A DNA stretch of 64,000 nt from Yuukianura sp. NJ FZ-2021. Lineage: Eukaryota. The stretch spans positions 6,944,001-7,008,000 of the forward strand of contig CM102285.1 in the NCBI GenBank assembly GCA_046563655.1, in the 5' to 3' direction. Under the pieces are notes generated by a model. It saw nothing but the letters and a program-made list of their open reading frames with translations. It was not told the DNA's origin and searched no databases. This document shows positions 1 through 13,300 of this stretch, in pieces. Position numbers and translations under genes: made by a program. Within the stretch, counting starts at the first letter, position 1. Every line of letters starts with the position of its first letter.

Positions 1-10
1 TTCAGCAGGT

Positions 11-350
11 ATTAATAGCGAAAGCTACTTTAGCGCAGCAACCTTGTGCATCTGTTCTTTCGGCTGTCAGCGGCAATTATCTCGGAAGCGGCTCGACATT
101 TTCAGGATCTGCTTACACGTTGAGCACCTAGCAACCAAGGAATGACCACTATTGATTATAATTCCTGTAGGTTAACAAGCTCCAGCTCAAAGGTCAAGGT
201 CGTTATCTCTGTAGCATAGAAAATGACCTCAACAAAAGTTGTTTACCTGATCGAAACTAACAACTTTTATGCATTTATATTACATGACCCCACGTGACCG
301 CCTTCCTTGTCAAAGGCCAACCTTTTTCTTTTTACCCTTCGTTGCCATTC
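11..350 (+). mobile_element. Degenerate Helentron/DINE-1-like non-autonomous element, family A
   Basis: Starts TATTAATAGCGAAAGCTACTTT...GCGGCAATTATCTCGGAA and contains TCAAAGGTCAAGGTC...ATGACCTC, matching the copies at 7214 and 15996. The 3' end is approximate. Confidence 0.55.
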
Positions 351-832
351 TGTAGTGTGTTATACACTATACAGTTTACTCCAAAATACACTACCAGACT
401 GTCGCAGTACACTCCAAAAAAGGCATTTTAGTCACTTAAATAGGCCTCAAAAATCGGTCCAGATAATTCCAAAAATGTTCTAGAAAAAGTGTGTTGCAAA
501 GCATGCAACAATATTTCTCGGAGGCTTTGATTTGAAACTTGCGACACTATACAAAAGCATCTCAGATGACTTTCTTTTTAGACGTTTGGGTACGAATTAG
601 CCGCCGAACTTAAACAAATTCAATCAATTTTATGAAAAATTTTGCCATTTTTGATTAAAAAAAATGACATATTTAAGCATATTTAAGCATATTTGACATA
701 TTTAAGTCCTAGAACAGTTTTTATAATCAAAAAAGTTTTAAATCCTTTTTTTAGTTTCTAAAAGTCCGAAAATTCCTAAAAGTGCTAAAAAAGTATTTAC
801 GTACTTATCTGACCTGTGATTGATTATGACAG

Positions 833-2434
833 ATGGGGAAAGCGGACGAAGCCCATGCTCTTGATTTATTTGGAGGAACAGCGCCGCCTGCTGAAGAAAC
901 GGCGACATTTACTCGAACCGGGAAGCCAGGTCATCTTTGGCAACGCCTATTCACCGTTGTCTTGGCCCCATTTGTTCTGCTTGCAATTCCAAGCCATCTT
1001 TTATTCCTTAAAAGCGGATATCGAGGCTCCAAATCAACTTTCGCCTGGATTAAATCTATTTTTGTTCCACTTCACATAGGACCTACCATTCTAACGGTCT
1101 TCACGCTCATCACGACAGCCATTGCTACAATCTCTGTGGCGTACTGGATATTCATCATTTTCTACTCACTCATCATCCTCGGAGAAGTGAACTTTGACAT
1201 ACTGGATGCATTTTACAACTTAATTCAATCCGCACCGATCTATCTGCCAACTATGGCCATCTGGCTATTTGGATACTCACTCAAAAATCAGTTGCTAGGC
1301 TACGACACATATCAGTTCGAGTTGGAGAAACTGGTAGAAAGTTGCAGCAGTGAAAAAACTGCGCCCAAATACTATTCGTCCAAATCACTACTCATCCGAG
1401 CCTTTTGCCTCTACTTTCTAATTGGAGCAATCGTAATTGTGACAATGGTGTTGGACTTTTCACGCATGCGTTTTCCACGGTCAACACCTTACTGGTTGGA
1501 CATTGACTACTGGCATGGGCTCTGGATTCTACTCAGCTACAACTGCGTCCTTGCCACTTACTGCATGATATGCTGGGGTCTCCAATGCCAACTGCAGTTG
1601 TTCTCCGCCTATCTTACATACTTGGTTGTGGACGCTCGTGAACCGAGTTTCAAAATTTTGGCAGATGTGAAATTTTACTTTAAGAAATGCGCCGATCAGA
1701 TTTTGCTGGTTAACAGAGCGGCCTCTTTATTGGTATCTGCGGTGGTTCTCATACTTTTATGTTTCGTCGCTATGGATACAGCCTTTGTCATATTCTATGC
1801 CATACCTAGTTCCGTCACTATTGCAATTGGATTGGTTGAAAAGTATCTGAAACATTTTGGGATTGACCTTGACATAGTAAGTCCATGGGAAAGGTACAGT
1901 CATCGATTTGACTCTGATGATTCCGTGACGACGACCCCAGGGCCTGATCTTCTAGAGAGATATGGGCCGATGTTTGTTCGCAAAACTGTTGCTTACATTT
2001 TCTTGGTTGGTGCGCAACTCGGACTCATTTTTTTCGTGGGACTTCAAGCAACAAAGGTCAATACTAACATGCGTTACTTCAGCGTCCAGGTTAATTTATG
2101 ATTTAAATATTAAATTCATTCGAAATCTAAAAACATTCCTAAGGAAATTGCATGCTATTCTTTTGCTGCTTGCAGTTCAATGATTACATGTCAAGCCATG
2201 CCGGAGCTGTTACACTAGACTTGTATAACGAGGTAAGAATTCACGAAGGTGTTTTGTCAATGTTTAAGGAACATATTTACATGCATAGACTTTTTTTTTA
2301 TACAGTTTCGGACGGTGCGAATCTATATTTTATCTGCATTAAACTTCCCTGGGAAGTGGATTATCTTGAGGATTCCAATCATGAATCACGTTCCAATCAT
2401 TAAGAACAAGATACACAGGACAGGAGCCACTTAG
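833..2434 (+). CDS. Gustatory-receptor-like multi-pass membrane protein; exons 833-2089, 2176-2232, 2306-2434 (about 480 aa)
   Basis: Long first exon with about 6 hydrophobic segments, then two short phase-0 GT-AG introns near the C-terminus (CAG|gttaat...tgcag, GAG|gtaaga...tacag), the usual layout of the arthropod GR superfamily. The canonical TM7 TY..Q motif is not seen in frame. Confidence 0.55.
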
Positions 2435-4330
2435 TGATGTCACTCAATTCAAAAATGGATCGAACGCTCGCGTTTGTTCTCAGTTCTAGTAAAGGTTATT
2501 GTGTTTTGCCAATTATTCTGAAAAATATTAAAAACCAACAATTCCAGCAAGGTTTAGTTTCCATAGTGCGCCTTTTCCCTTCGTATAGTTTCGTATAGTC
2601 TCGGGGTGGTTAATCCGCTTTGGGTTGGACCTAAACTTAACAACTTTCGAGACAATGGTCGAGGTTAAAGTTATTAATCGAAAAACTGACCGTTTGGCCG
2701 TAACACCAGTGGCTTGATTCCCATTGCAGGATTCTGAATAGCCAACGATGTGTTTTTTTTGGAAATCTTGAATTTTTTTTTCATAAGTCGAAAACAGAGG
2801 TATTTAAAAAACGTAAAGAACTTTCCTCACAATTTTCTGAGTTTTAGAAAATGTGATAAAAAATAATTCCAAAAGATATTTTACAATTTCAAAAAATGTT
2901 TCAAAATTTTGACAGGGTTCACAAATATTTTGAAAGCTAGCACATATGTGACTAATACCTCTCTTGGCTAAACTCCAACCAAAAAAGTGTCAATGGAGAA
3001 TTGAAATAATGGTCACGTAAGCCCCATTTCCCTCGTTTTGTCTTGTTTGTAAAGTCCTTTAAGCGAAATAAAAGTGGATCCAAATCATGGAATCTTGATG
3101 TAATATATGTCTTCCAGTAAGATATATACAAAACATATTCATTCGACCTTAATTTAACATATGCATATGCAATTCATATACTGAGGCTTGTCCAGCTTAC
3201 ATTAGTAGTTATTTGTAGGTTTTTGCGAATTTCTGATCTCATTTGTGTAAATCCTCATCGTGTCCCGAACTTTCCGCGTCAGTATCGCTGTCGGAGTCAA
3301 TTCCATAATACGTTCTGACTTTTTTTCGCTGATCGAAGGAATAATTTTGGGTATTCAACATGTTCTGGAAGAACCATTCACTCTCGTCCGGAGAGCCCTG
3401 GATTTCGACCGGAGATTCGATTTTCATCAAAGCGTAAAAGCCGCAATCGGCTCACATCATTTTGGCCTTGACTGTTAAACAATTTTTTTGAAGATAAAAT
3501 ATTTGTGGGAAGCCATGATTATAGTCAAATTGCAGGATTAATATATGACTGTACTTTGCATAACAAATGGTATTTCCACATTTGTTTTCGGTTACAACAA
3601 TGGTAGAGTCGATGATATCGTCATTGCTTGTTTTATTTGGCACTGATCCAGACGATTGCACAATATCAGTCCCATCACAAGGTTTCTTTTCGTCCGACTG
3701 CTCCTGTACTACTACTGTTAACATGTCTTCAACTACGACGATTTTCCTCGCAGTGCCTCCCTCTTCTCGTTGTTCCATGTTTACCTAACATATTAAGGTG
3801 GTTGGTTATAGATGATTCTGGTTGATCAAGTTTTACATCCCGGAAATCAAGTATTTTGTCTTTGGTTTACTTTAGAAGTCAGCACCCGCTCATACTATAA
3901 ATTCCCACCCAGACCACTCCCGCTGTGATTTTCCCCCGACCGCGCCCTCGCACGTCGGCCAACTGAAATAAAACTCCCGAACGGTGATCGCGTGCCGCAA
4001 TAAATAATATATTCTATTCTTGTGTACATAAACGTCGAATATATATATAATAAATATATATTGGAAGTTTATATACACAACAATCGGATATATTTATTCC
4101 GGCGTTGTCAGTGCGAGTCAGCTAAAACAGTACACCACGAATTGTTTAATTTCGCAACTGTGGAGGGAAAACCGATGAAATTACGGGAGTTGCAAATACT
4201 GCATCAACCTAATTAAGAGTTAACTAAAGTTTCACATTTTGAGTTCTTTCTCCCCAAGTTTAAACAATTTTCAACTCGCTTACGGAAAAAAATATGGGTG
4301 TACTCTTTTAACTGAAGCTCACTGTATATA

Positions 4331-5305
4331 CCGTGTTGTTCAGCGAAAAGTAGACACCAACAAACTCAAAAGTTTGTTTATTTTCAAAATTCTGGGGGGC
4401 TATATGAGTACCAAATTAAAAAAAAATACCTGCGCAATATAAATTTGTTTAAACGTATTTCGTTTGTTGGTCTCAATCCACTATGGTCGGATTCTGAAAA
4501 AAAAGTTCAGTCCTTTTTTGAAACAAACATTAATCACCCCGTTTCCATTGACAACTGAGACGGTTGAAGGAAGGAAACCGAGTAGAGATTGACTAACCGT
4601 TGACTCTGACTCGAAAAACGACTTGGCCGTGATCGACAACCAACTAGACCGACATTAAAGACAATGAATAGTTTGGTTACAGATTTTTTTTGAAAGTTAC
4701 GCTAAACCTCAAGGTACAACATCAAATTGTCAGTGCGAAATCACAAATTCGCAAATAATGATTATTGCAACCAAGAAAATACACAAAAATTTAGAGATAC
4801 TTTGGATAAGCTTTGAGCAATAACTAAGCATTATGGTTAGGTTAGGCCTAACCTTTGCACCTCAAAATATCAAAGAATAAGTCTTCTAGAACGCTAATCA
4901 CCCTTTGGTTTGTCATTAGAGGGTGAGGCTTTTTGAGGCCAAAAATCAATCGGTACGTCAATTTTTTGGTCAAAATGCGCTGATAAATTAGTTTGTTTAC
5001 AAAATTTATTTGATTCCCTGGGAACCAAAAAATAAAATAAACGACCATATAGTGCCATCTCCTCCCAGAAGTCGCAAATTTTACAAAAAATGCCATGGAA
5101 ACAATTGAATGGCTTCACGGAAAAAGGGTTAACTAGAATTTAGCTTCGCTGTTTCCAAGGGATTCCAAGATCTAGAATTCTATTTCTAGGCTAGAGTGCA
5201 TGGACTTTTTTGTTTATAAATAAGTTTTTAAAAATGAAATTTTCAAACAATTTCTAGTTAACCCTTTTTCCGCGATACCATTCAATTTTTCGCTGAGCAA
5301 CACTG
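4331..5305. mobile_element. Tc1/mariner-type MITE
   Basis: ta|CCGTGTTGTTCAGCGAAAA ... TTTTCGCTGAGCAACACTG|ta: imperfect TIRs with TA flanks. There is an additional internal inverted repeat at about 5103-5140 / 5249-5287. Confidence 0.6.
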
Positions 5306-6768
5306 TACAGCGTGTTACATTAAAACTCAAACAATTTTAAGTTTTCTTACACTAAATGAGAAATAAACCTGATTGTGTTAAAACCAAAAATTATCGTGTA
5401 ACTAAGGGAAAAGAATGGCGCTTAAGCCAGTTTCACACGAAACAAAAAAAAAATTAAAGGATTGATTAAATTCAAATTGGCGGTTGGTTTGTGAACTCGA
5501 CTTTCCACAGCGAAAAAAACCGCTTTCGTCCCCTGGGTCCCTTGAAAAATGGTTTAAAGGTTTGGAATGGTAATGATGACCTAAAAGAAAGCTGATTTGT
5601 TTGTAAAATCTTAAATATTATTTGGTTTGAACGTTTTACTATTCAACTAATAATATTTAAGATTTTACATTTCATTGGAATTTCATTTCAAATTTTCTAA
5701 CCCCTGTTTGTGCAATTGTCATTTGTTTTGTACTTTGTCCATTTCATAAGTTAGAAAGTCCTCAGTAGTAACAAGGCGGGGGACTTCTTTGAAGCACACC
5801 AATAGGAGCGTTTTGCTAATTCAAGGTGTACTGTATATAATATGACTATGATAACTTTGTTCATAATTTGAAAATTAGTAATTAGTAATCATTGTAGAAT
5901 TCCTATAAGCATCAGTATTATTTTGTAATGATTAACTACTAAAACAGCTCATATTAAAAACTTACCTTACTAGGACACAAGTGACAGACTGCAGGACAAC
6001 CGTAAGGGAGAAATAATGCCTGAGTTACTATTCCTTCCAAAGAACTCAATATTGTGATGTGAATGTGATATTAAAACGTAGTCATTCAGTCCATTGTTTT
6101 TGTTATATCGTGTAATAACAATACGGAACAAAAGAAGAACAGATTATAAAAAGAATAGAGAGAAGTTCACTGTCTTATCTACACTTTCAACCCAAATGTG
6201 CTACTCCAACAAGTTTACAATTTATGTCATTAGTCATCTCTTTCTCATGAATTTCTAGTCCACGCCAGCAACATCGATTTGAGAGTTGATTCTTATAGAC
6301 CCTTGCTTGGCTCATTAATTTCCGAATAAAACGAACATTACTTGAAGCGAAACTATAAATCCATTCGAGGAGTAGGCGATTTGAGCATCTTATTTCTGTT
6401 GTGAGTGGTTAGCGTACACGGAATGGTTAGGCAAATGGGTGCACAACTTCATTTTTTTTTCAAAGTATGGTTGCTATATGTAAAACTAGGCAATCCGTGG
6501 CGCCGCCTACCGGCGGCGCTCGAACTAACCGGATAACGAAAACAAATCTTGGGGAGTGGATGCATGGGAGTGAGTGCAAGGAAAAGTGCCGAACTTTAGG
6601 TGTGGACACACAGAAAGCAGTCCCCTTATGTAGATAGATGTTACGCCGTGACCAGACATGGGGATTTGGCCCTACTGAACCGGGTAACCAGATACCCACC
6701 CACACCCAATTGGGTGTTGTGTGGGTGGACAGCGTTTTGAGCTGGGTAGGGCCTGGGGTCGTATACTT

Positions 6769-7213
6769 TTTTAATCTTCTGGAGACGCATGTCTAGGACA
6801 TGCTAAAGAAGACTATTGATATGTCCGTTTGTCCGGATTAATTATCCGGCTTTTTTTTTTATCTTATCGGGTTAATTATACGGTTAATTCCATCCGGATT
6901 AATACTACTACTTGTCCTATATCATTCCGGTTTTCATCTCTCAACATTATTATGACCCGGGCATATAATTACTATTGAATACGACCCGGTGGGTCAACTC
7001 CTTCCGTGTCAAATGTCAACCTTAACCTGAATGTGAATTTGGCGCAAAAAATTAACTTTGTACCGTTCCAGGATATATGAAAACCGAAACTGTTTTTCCT
7101 AACGTCTGGTATCACGGATTGAAACTTGAATTACAAATCACCATCACCGTCACCTTGAGAAAACCGAAACTACCTATTATACACTTGACGGTTTCAGTTA
7201 AGACGAACTGTCT
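6769..7213 (+). mobile_element. Helentron/DINE-like element, family B
   Basis: The 5' sequence TTTTAATCTTCTGGAGACGCATGTCTAGGACATGCTAAAGAAGACTATTGAT closely matches the reverse-strand copy at 41725-41804. A terminal hairpin GACGGTTTC...GAACTGTC lies near 7187-7213. Confidence 0.45.
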
Positions 7214-7305
7214 TATTAAGTAGCGAAAGCTTCGCTACTTTATGCATCGACCTTGTCTGTCTGTCTGTTTGGCCGGCCGGTAGCGGCAATTATCTCGGAA
7301 ACGGC
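7214..7305 (+). mobile_element. 5' fragment of Helentron/DINE-like family A
   Basis: TTATTAAGTAGCGAAAGCTTCGCTACTTT hairpin followed by a (CTGT)n microsatellite and GCGGCAATTATCTCGGAAAC. Confidence 0.6.
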
Positions 7306-8094
7306 AAAGACAACAGCCACAACTATGGCAGAAAAGGGCATCACTTTCATCAGAAGACCGGTGAGCTTCTGCTACCAAATGCACCACATGTACTTGACCT
7401 GTCAATGACCTCACCACCGCCTCCTGCAGGACACTGCTCCAACTGCTGGTGCTCCGCCTTAGGTCAAGTGCATAGCTCTTACCGGGGTCTGGCCGTGGCG
7501 AAAGGCCACTGGACCCTGCATTTTGTCAGGAACCCTTGGACAAATCGCTGTGGAATCAACTCCGGGAAGAATCCACCAATCAAGGTGAAAGTTGTGAGAA
7601 TCAGAAGCTAGGTACTAAGGGAAGCGCGACTCAGCTCCATACATTTCTAAGATGGCAACGGAAAAGAAGGGTGGCGGGGAGAGATTAGCTGTGAGAATGT
7701 CGACCACGTTTAGAAAAGAGTTTACATTACGTAAAATTAAGCGTTGAAGTGAGTAGAATAAAATTTTGAAGCTATTAAGAATTTAAACTTAATATTCAAT
7801 GTGGTTTCGTGTTCAGAGTCCAGACACCAGGAACGTATTGGGAACTTTTCAAAAAAGATGAAAAAGTTCCGAAGAGTACTTTCCTAACAACGCTGACTGT
7901 GTTTTTCTTTTCACATCGATTTGCCATGGTTTGTAGCCTGAATTTTGCTTATTGTTAGACTTAAAGTGAGTCAAATTTGAACAGTACATATGTAGACATG
8001 AGCAACATTCGACATTTGCATGCTTCGTCCATTATGTAATGATATAACTTTACTTCCGCTCATTAAATGTTAACATTATGAGGACTATTTTCTG

Positions 8095-8215
8095 CCGAGA
8101 CCTTTTAATCCCGGTCTTTTCACTTTCCAACCATTTTACCTCTGACGTTTTCACTTTTCGACCATTTTACTTCCTATATTTTCACTTACCCGTCATTTTA
8201 CTTCAAACTTTTTCA
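8095..8215. repeat. Degenerate tandem repeats of about 15/30 bp (TTTTCACTT / CCATTTTAC)
   Basis: Alternating short units are visible directly in the sequence. Confidence 0.5.
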
Positions 8216-8673
8216 ACTTCGATTGTTGTTGTGATGAGATGAAACGTTACTCGTATAGCTTCTGCGAAATGTTTTCAACTTTTCTGTTTTCATTTAGTAA
8301 TGCGTTTGTACTCCCCTAACATTGAAGTGGAAATGCAGTAGGGAGAAAGGTGACCGGAATTGCATTCGTTGTAGCGTAGTCACACATACACAGTGTAACA
8401 ATTGTATTTCAGTATCGAGGCACCAAAGTTAATTGGCAACTTTTTTTTACAAAGCTAAGCGATAGTTACAAGTCTTGATTACTCAAGCTATGCAAAGAAT
8501 CCCGTCATACATTCGCCGTTTGGTTACAAATATTAGCGAGGTTGTAGCGAAGTTTGCACTTTACTTTCCCGTTTACTTTCCGCTTTTGATTTTGAGAAGG
8601 GAAACTAAAAGTGAAACTTCAGTTGTATGGAGTTTAGAAGTTTCACTTTCCGTTTTGCCAAATTAAAGAATTC

Positions 8674-9505
8674 CGGTTGAGGTAAGGTTTATCGAGTACC
8701 ATTGTAGCCGCACGGTATAACCGCCAGCGGCCATCTTGGGTGGCTACACAGTGATTGGCTGCGCTTGTGCGGTAAGATTTGTCGCCAGTGGCAACACACT
8801 GTTTTTAGAATAAGGTCACTAGATGCAATCTAAATCCAAACAATCTACCCTGATGAAAAACCTAACCAAACATCCAATTACTATTGTCCACAGTGTTGGT
8901 TGACGCTTTAACGTCCACTGGCTTAATTACCACTTCCACTTGATATCCACTGGAAGAAACGCACCCGAAATGAATGAAACTTTTAGTGGATGGAAGAAAT
9001 GAGGAATTTAGCGCAAAATTAAAAAAAATCGAATTTAAGATTCCAAAATAATATGAAAAACACTTTCTCTCATCGTTAAAATTAATTATCTATTTAATAC
9101 TCATACAAAAACTATATTTCCTTCGTTTTTGTACGGTATTTCAAATTGTTTATGCTTATTGTATTTAATTAATTCAAACCCGACGGGCAAAGCTCCTCCC
9201 CTTTGGATTCATCCATTTCGTCCACTTCTTCCACTGGATATACAGCCGTGGAATGGAATGTCGAAACAGTGGATATCCACCAACACTGATTGTCCACTTA
9301 AAACTTAGTACCCTAATTCTAAATCAGTGTTGCCAGCAGTAGTTAGCATGTGCAGGTACAATGTGGTGGATACAAGGAAAACTTTCCCAAACACGGCAAC
9401 AAATGCTGCCACACGACCGTAGCCACTCGTTGTAGTTACTGAAGATGCCCGCCAGCGGTTACACTGTGCGGTTACAATAGCGCTCATGAAACCTTACCTC
9501 AACCG
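8674..9505. mobile_element. TIR element nested in 8536-9899
   Basis: Imperfect TIR of about 60 bp, CGGTTGAGGTAAGGTTT...CCATCTT, versus AAGATG...AAACCTTACCTCAACCG. No clear TSD. Confidence 0.6.
8891..9288. mobile_element. hAT-type MITE
   Basis: CAGTGTTGGT...ACCAACACTG termini with a perfect 8-bp TSD ATTGTCCA (8883-8890 and 9289-9296). Related copies lie at 51388-51568 and about 59103-59299. Confidence 0.85.
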
Positions 9506-10339
9506 CTTTCCTTGATTTTAGCGATTATTAATTATTATAATAATTAATCATTAAATACGATTAATAGTATTGATTATTAACAACGATTATGAAGGAGAAT
9601 GTGGTAACAAAAGCTATAGGAGCGCTACTGCTGACTGATTAAAAATAGAAATTGGTTTCGGCACTATTTACATACAAACGCAAAGTCAATGAGATGTGGT
9701 GCCGAAGTAGGAGGTCGTTCTGAAACCACCGAAAAGGCAAGGAAACTTTTTACTTTCCTCTAAATCGGCTATTTGAGCGAAAAGTGGAAAGTAAACTTTT
9801 AGTTTCCTTTTGCATATGACGTCATCTATGACGTCATGACCTAATTTGCAAACGGAAAGTAAACGGGAAAGTAAAGTGGAAACTTCTATACAACCTCGCT
9901 ATTATTGCCACGAGTTACCTGGCGCGGTTGCAATTCGTATAATTTGGACTCACTTTAACCAAGGGAAATCTGCAACTGCATACAAAAAACCACCACACCA
10001 CAACTCATGAAAGGAACACATGTTTTGTTGTTTTGTTTGTACTCGGTTTGTGAAACTAACTGCGGAGAAGACAACGACGTCAATACTACGTTGTGGTGGA
10101 CGAGGTCAAACAGATTAATATTGTGGTTGGTTACAAGATTAAGGCATAAGAAAGGCATTTGCCTTTCTCCCTTTCTTACGTTTTACATGAGTCAGTTGTA
10201 TTGCGACTATGTTAAGTGAAGTCGAACTAAGCAAACCTTTTTCGAATTTTAACTCTCACATTGACTCATATTGACAATTTATGTGCTTACAGGAATTCAA
10301 GAAGAACAATTAATAAATCAACGAAACTGAGTTGAAAAA

Positions 10340-13300
10340 ATGTCGAGTCACGAGGGAGGATTCCATCAGGTAATGTAGAGAGAATTCGGGTGTTGCGCTT
10401 TACGTATATACTAATAAAGATAAATTCCTTAGATTTACTTAGTTTTACACTAATTTACTACTTGAGAAAGAATGTTTTGTTAATTTTTTTTCTGATTCAC
10501 TTCGAAACAATTTTTTCGAGTGGCCTGATATCGAATAACCCAAAACATGACCCAAAAAAAAACTCAAAAAATGACAAAAGTTGTACAGGTCAATGGGTGA
10601 ATCTTTTTTTTGTATTATTTATTATACTTCTACTAACCAATCAATTCAAGTTCAACTCATTGAGCTCAATTTATAAAGGTAATTTTTAGAGTTGTCACGC
10701 GTCGCTCGAAAAAATTTTCATAAAGGTAATAATCACACTCCAAAACCTAGTCTGCAACCGGTTGGTTTCCGCTTTAATTAATTGTAACCTACATCTTATT
10801 TTATTTAGGGTCATGCAAAGGGAGATGGTACTGGAGTAGGTATGCCACATTTAAATTCACTTTTTTTCTGTCTATTTGCTATTTGAATTTGCTTGCGAAA
10901 GCTACTATTGCAGTCATTCTTGAAAGTGATCATAATGTTAGTATAATGTTAGTTATAATGTTAGTACAAAGTACTTTTGTTAAAAATTAAAAAATAACTG
11001 TAATAATATTTTTTTTGTCCTTTTCATGATCTATCAGGTTTCACACGTTTTAAAAGGTAAACAAGAATAATTTTTTGCCCAATTTTCTAAATTAGTATCA
11101 TACCGGCTACTCTTCTGCAGCACTCTATTACGTTGCGTTTAGGTATAACTATCTAAAACGTGCAAAAACTATTTCATCTACCCCATTTGGCGTTTCTTAT
11201 TTTTGTTTGAGTTTCCTCATCTATTCTGTCAATACCTTAAATACGATTGTTCGTTGTAAACTAACAGTTGGAGGCGGTCGCGGCCCTACTACAGCGACCC
11301 CCGCACCGTATAAGTTGCCCATACGCGTTACAAAAAAAGTTTTGGAAGAAGCTCCTCTCCAATGGCAACAGATCGACGTTCTAGACTCTAAAAATCAACC
11401 TGTTCCACCGCCGAGCAAGGGCCCAGGAGTGCAGAGTCAACGGCTTATTCGAATCACACTGAACAGTCTATTTACCATGCCAGTTGGTACTAACAGATCG
11501 TATCATCCAATACGAAATCCACATTGACTTGTCACCGGAAGATAAGGCGGACAAGGTAAATCGCCAAAAGAAACAGGCACCAGGGTCAAAGGGACGTGGC
11601 AGTGGCAGTTCCTCGCGTGGGGCTCCGCGAGGAACTGGCGACAGAAATCCATTGCCTCCGAATCTGTGGAAAAGGATTGTCAGAGTTCTAATTCCAATTC
11701 TGGAGCAAAGCAATGGAGGAATACCTTTACCAACGGATTACATGAAGAGTATTTTTACTGCGTTCCAACTGGCGTTACAAGATGAGTACAGAATTCCGTT
11801 GTCAGCTGTTGAAGATGAAGGGAATAGCACTGCTGTATACGTTTGCAAAATCAATGAAGTCGGGTCGGTCAACACCGGAGTACTCCAACAATGCATCCCA
11901 GACATGTACGCATACATTACTCGGGACAGGAGGCCTGTTCCAGAACAGCTTACCCTTGTGGAACAAGCCCTCAACATTGCACTGAAGACAAGACTTCAAA
12001 TGCAATACACTCCTGTGGGACGTTTTTCGTTTTACAACACAAACCAACATGCTTTACGAAAATCAGAGTAACCTTGGTGCTGGACTGGCCATCTGGAAGG
12101 GGTTTTCTACCGTGTTAACGATGGGGTGGAAAGTGTTCGTAAACGTCGACATTGCAAACACAGCCTTTGTGAAAGGACAAGGCGTCTACGATGCTTTGAC
12201 ACAAGTTGCGAACTACTCCAAGTCCAAAGTTGAAGCAAATCCAACGGACGCCTCCAGCTATTCGAAAGGCACAAATAAAGCAGATGCATTAAAACTCCTG
12301 AAGGGTGTCATGGTTGAATATCAGACGTCGAAAAATACAAAGTTGACTGGTAGAGTGACTGACATTCTGCCAACGCCGCCGCGAGAAAATAGATTTTCTT
12401 GTAGCAATGGAAAGGAAACGAATGTTGAGCAGTACTTTAAAACTGCCTACAAGATCAAGTTACGACACCGCAACGGCTTATGCTTACAGATACGTGGACG
12501 CAGCGTCGTTCCAGCAGAGGTAAGTCCTCCTACTTTTTACCTTGGCCAAATTTTTCTTACAACACAATAATGAATGTTTTTCTGAAAATCTGTTTCCAGT
12601 TGTGCATCATTCGGAAGGGACAAGCCTTTAATGGAAAATTGAGCGATGCTCAAACTACCAAAATTACTAAGCACACCGCAGTTGCTCCCGCCGTGAGACT
12701 CGAGACGATCCAGCGCAACGTAGAAGAAATTAAGTTCGATGAGGATCGTATTTTGAAATCTATGGGATTGACTGTTGGAAACGAACTGCATAAAATGGAA
12801 GCTCGGGTTCTGCCTCCTCCGACCCTTGTTTATCTTTCCAAGGTACAAGTCCCATTTTAAAGATAATTACAACTTGTTTGGAGTTATTAGGCTTATTTTT
12901 GATTGGTTTTCTTCCAGAACGTGCAACAATGGGTCACTCCGTCAAATGATGGGGTCTGGAATATGTTCGAACGTAGAGGCGGTGTGCCTAAACTACAGTT
13001 TATTGTTCCAGCTACAACCAAGCCTCCAGCAGCGCAAGGGTTGAAATGGGGTGTAATCAATGCTGCTTGGGAAACGGGAGTTAGCGGAGATGCTTTATTG
13101 TAAAATACAATCCTTCCTCTATTATCCAAACCTACGAGTAAAAAATATACGTAGTTACTTCCCAACCCCCTGCGTTCAGTCCCGTTAGCAACCAATGCAG
13201 TTTTTGTTTGTGACGTCACTAGTTGAAAAAATACCGGCATTCGGGGAATAATGATGGTATCCCATAGAAACCCAAACCCCGTTTGTTGTTTAGATAAGCG

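Larger units (their letters stand above)
8536..9899. mobile_element. TIR element (TA-flanked MITE), outer shell of a triple nest
   Basis: TIR of about 47 bp, GCGAGGTTGTAGCGAAGTTTGCACTTTACTTTCCCGTTTACTTTCCG, versus its reverse complement at about 9853-9899. Both ends are flanked by TA. Confidence 0.7.

Noticed and set aside
3239..3778. Small minus-strand gene (108-aa and 63-aa ORFs)
   Set aside because: It looks coding-like and has a possible intron, but the spliced frame does not join the two ORFs and I recognise no domain.
12022..12068. Micro-intron rescuing the second Ago frameshift
   Set aside because: The only frame-correcting GT-AG pair (12029-12068, 40 nt) has a poor donor, lacks a pyrimidine tract and is shorter than the other introns here.
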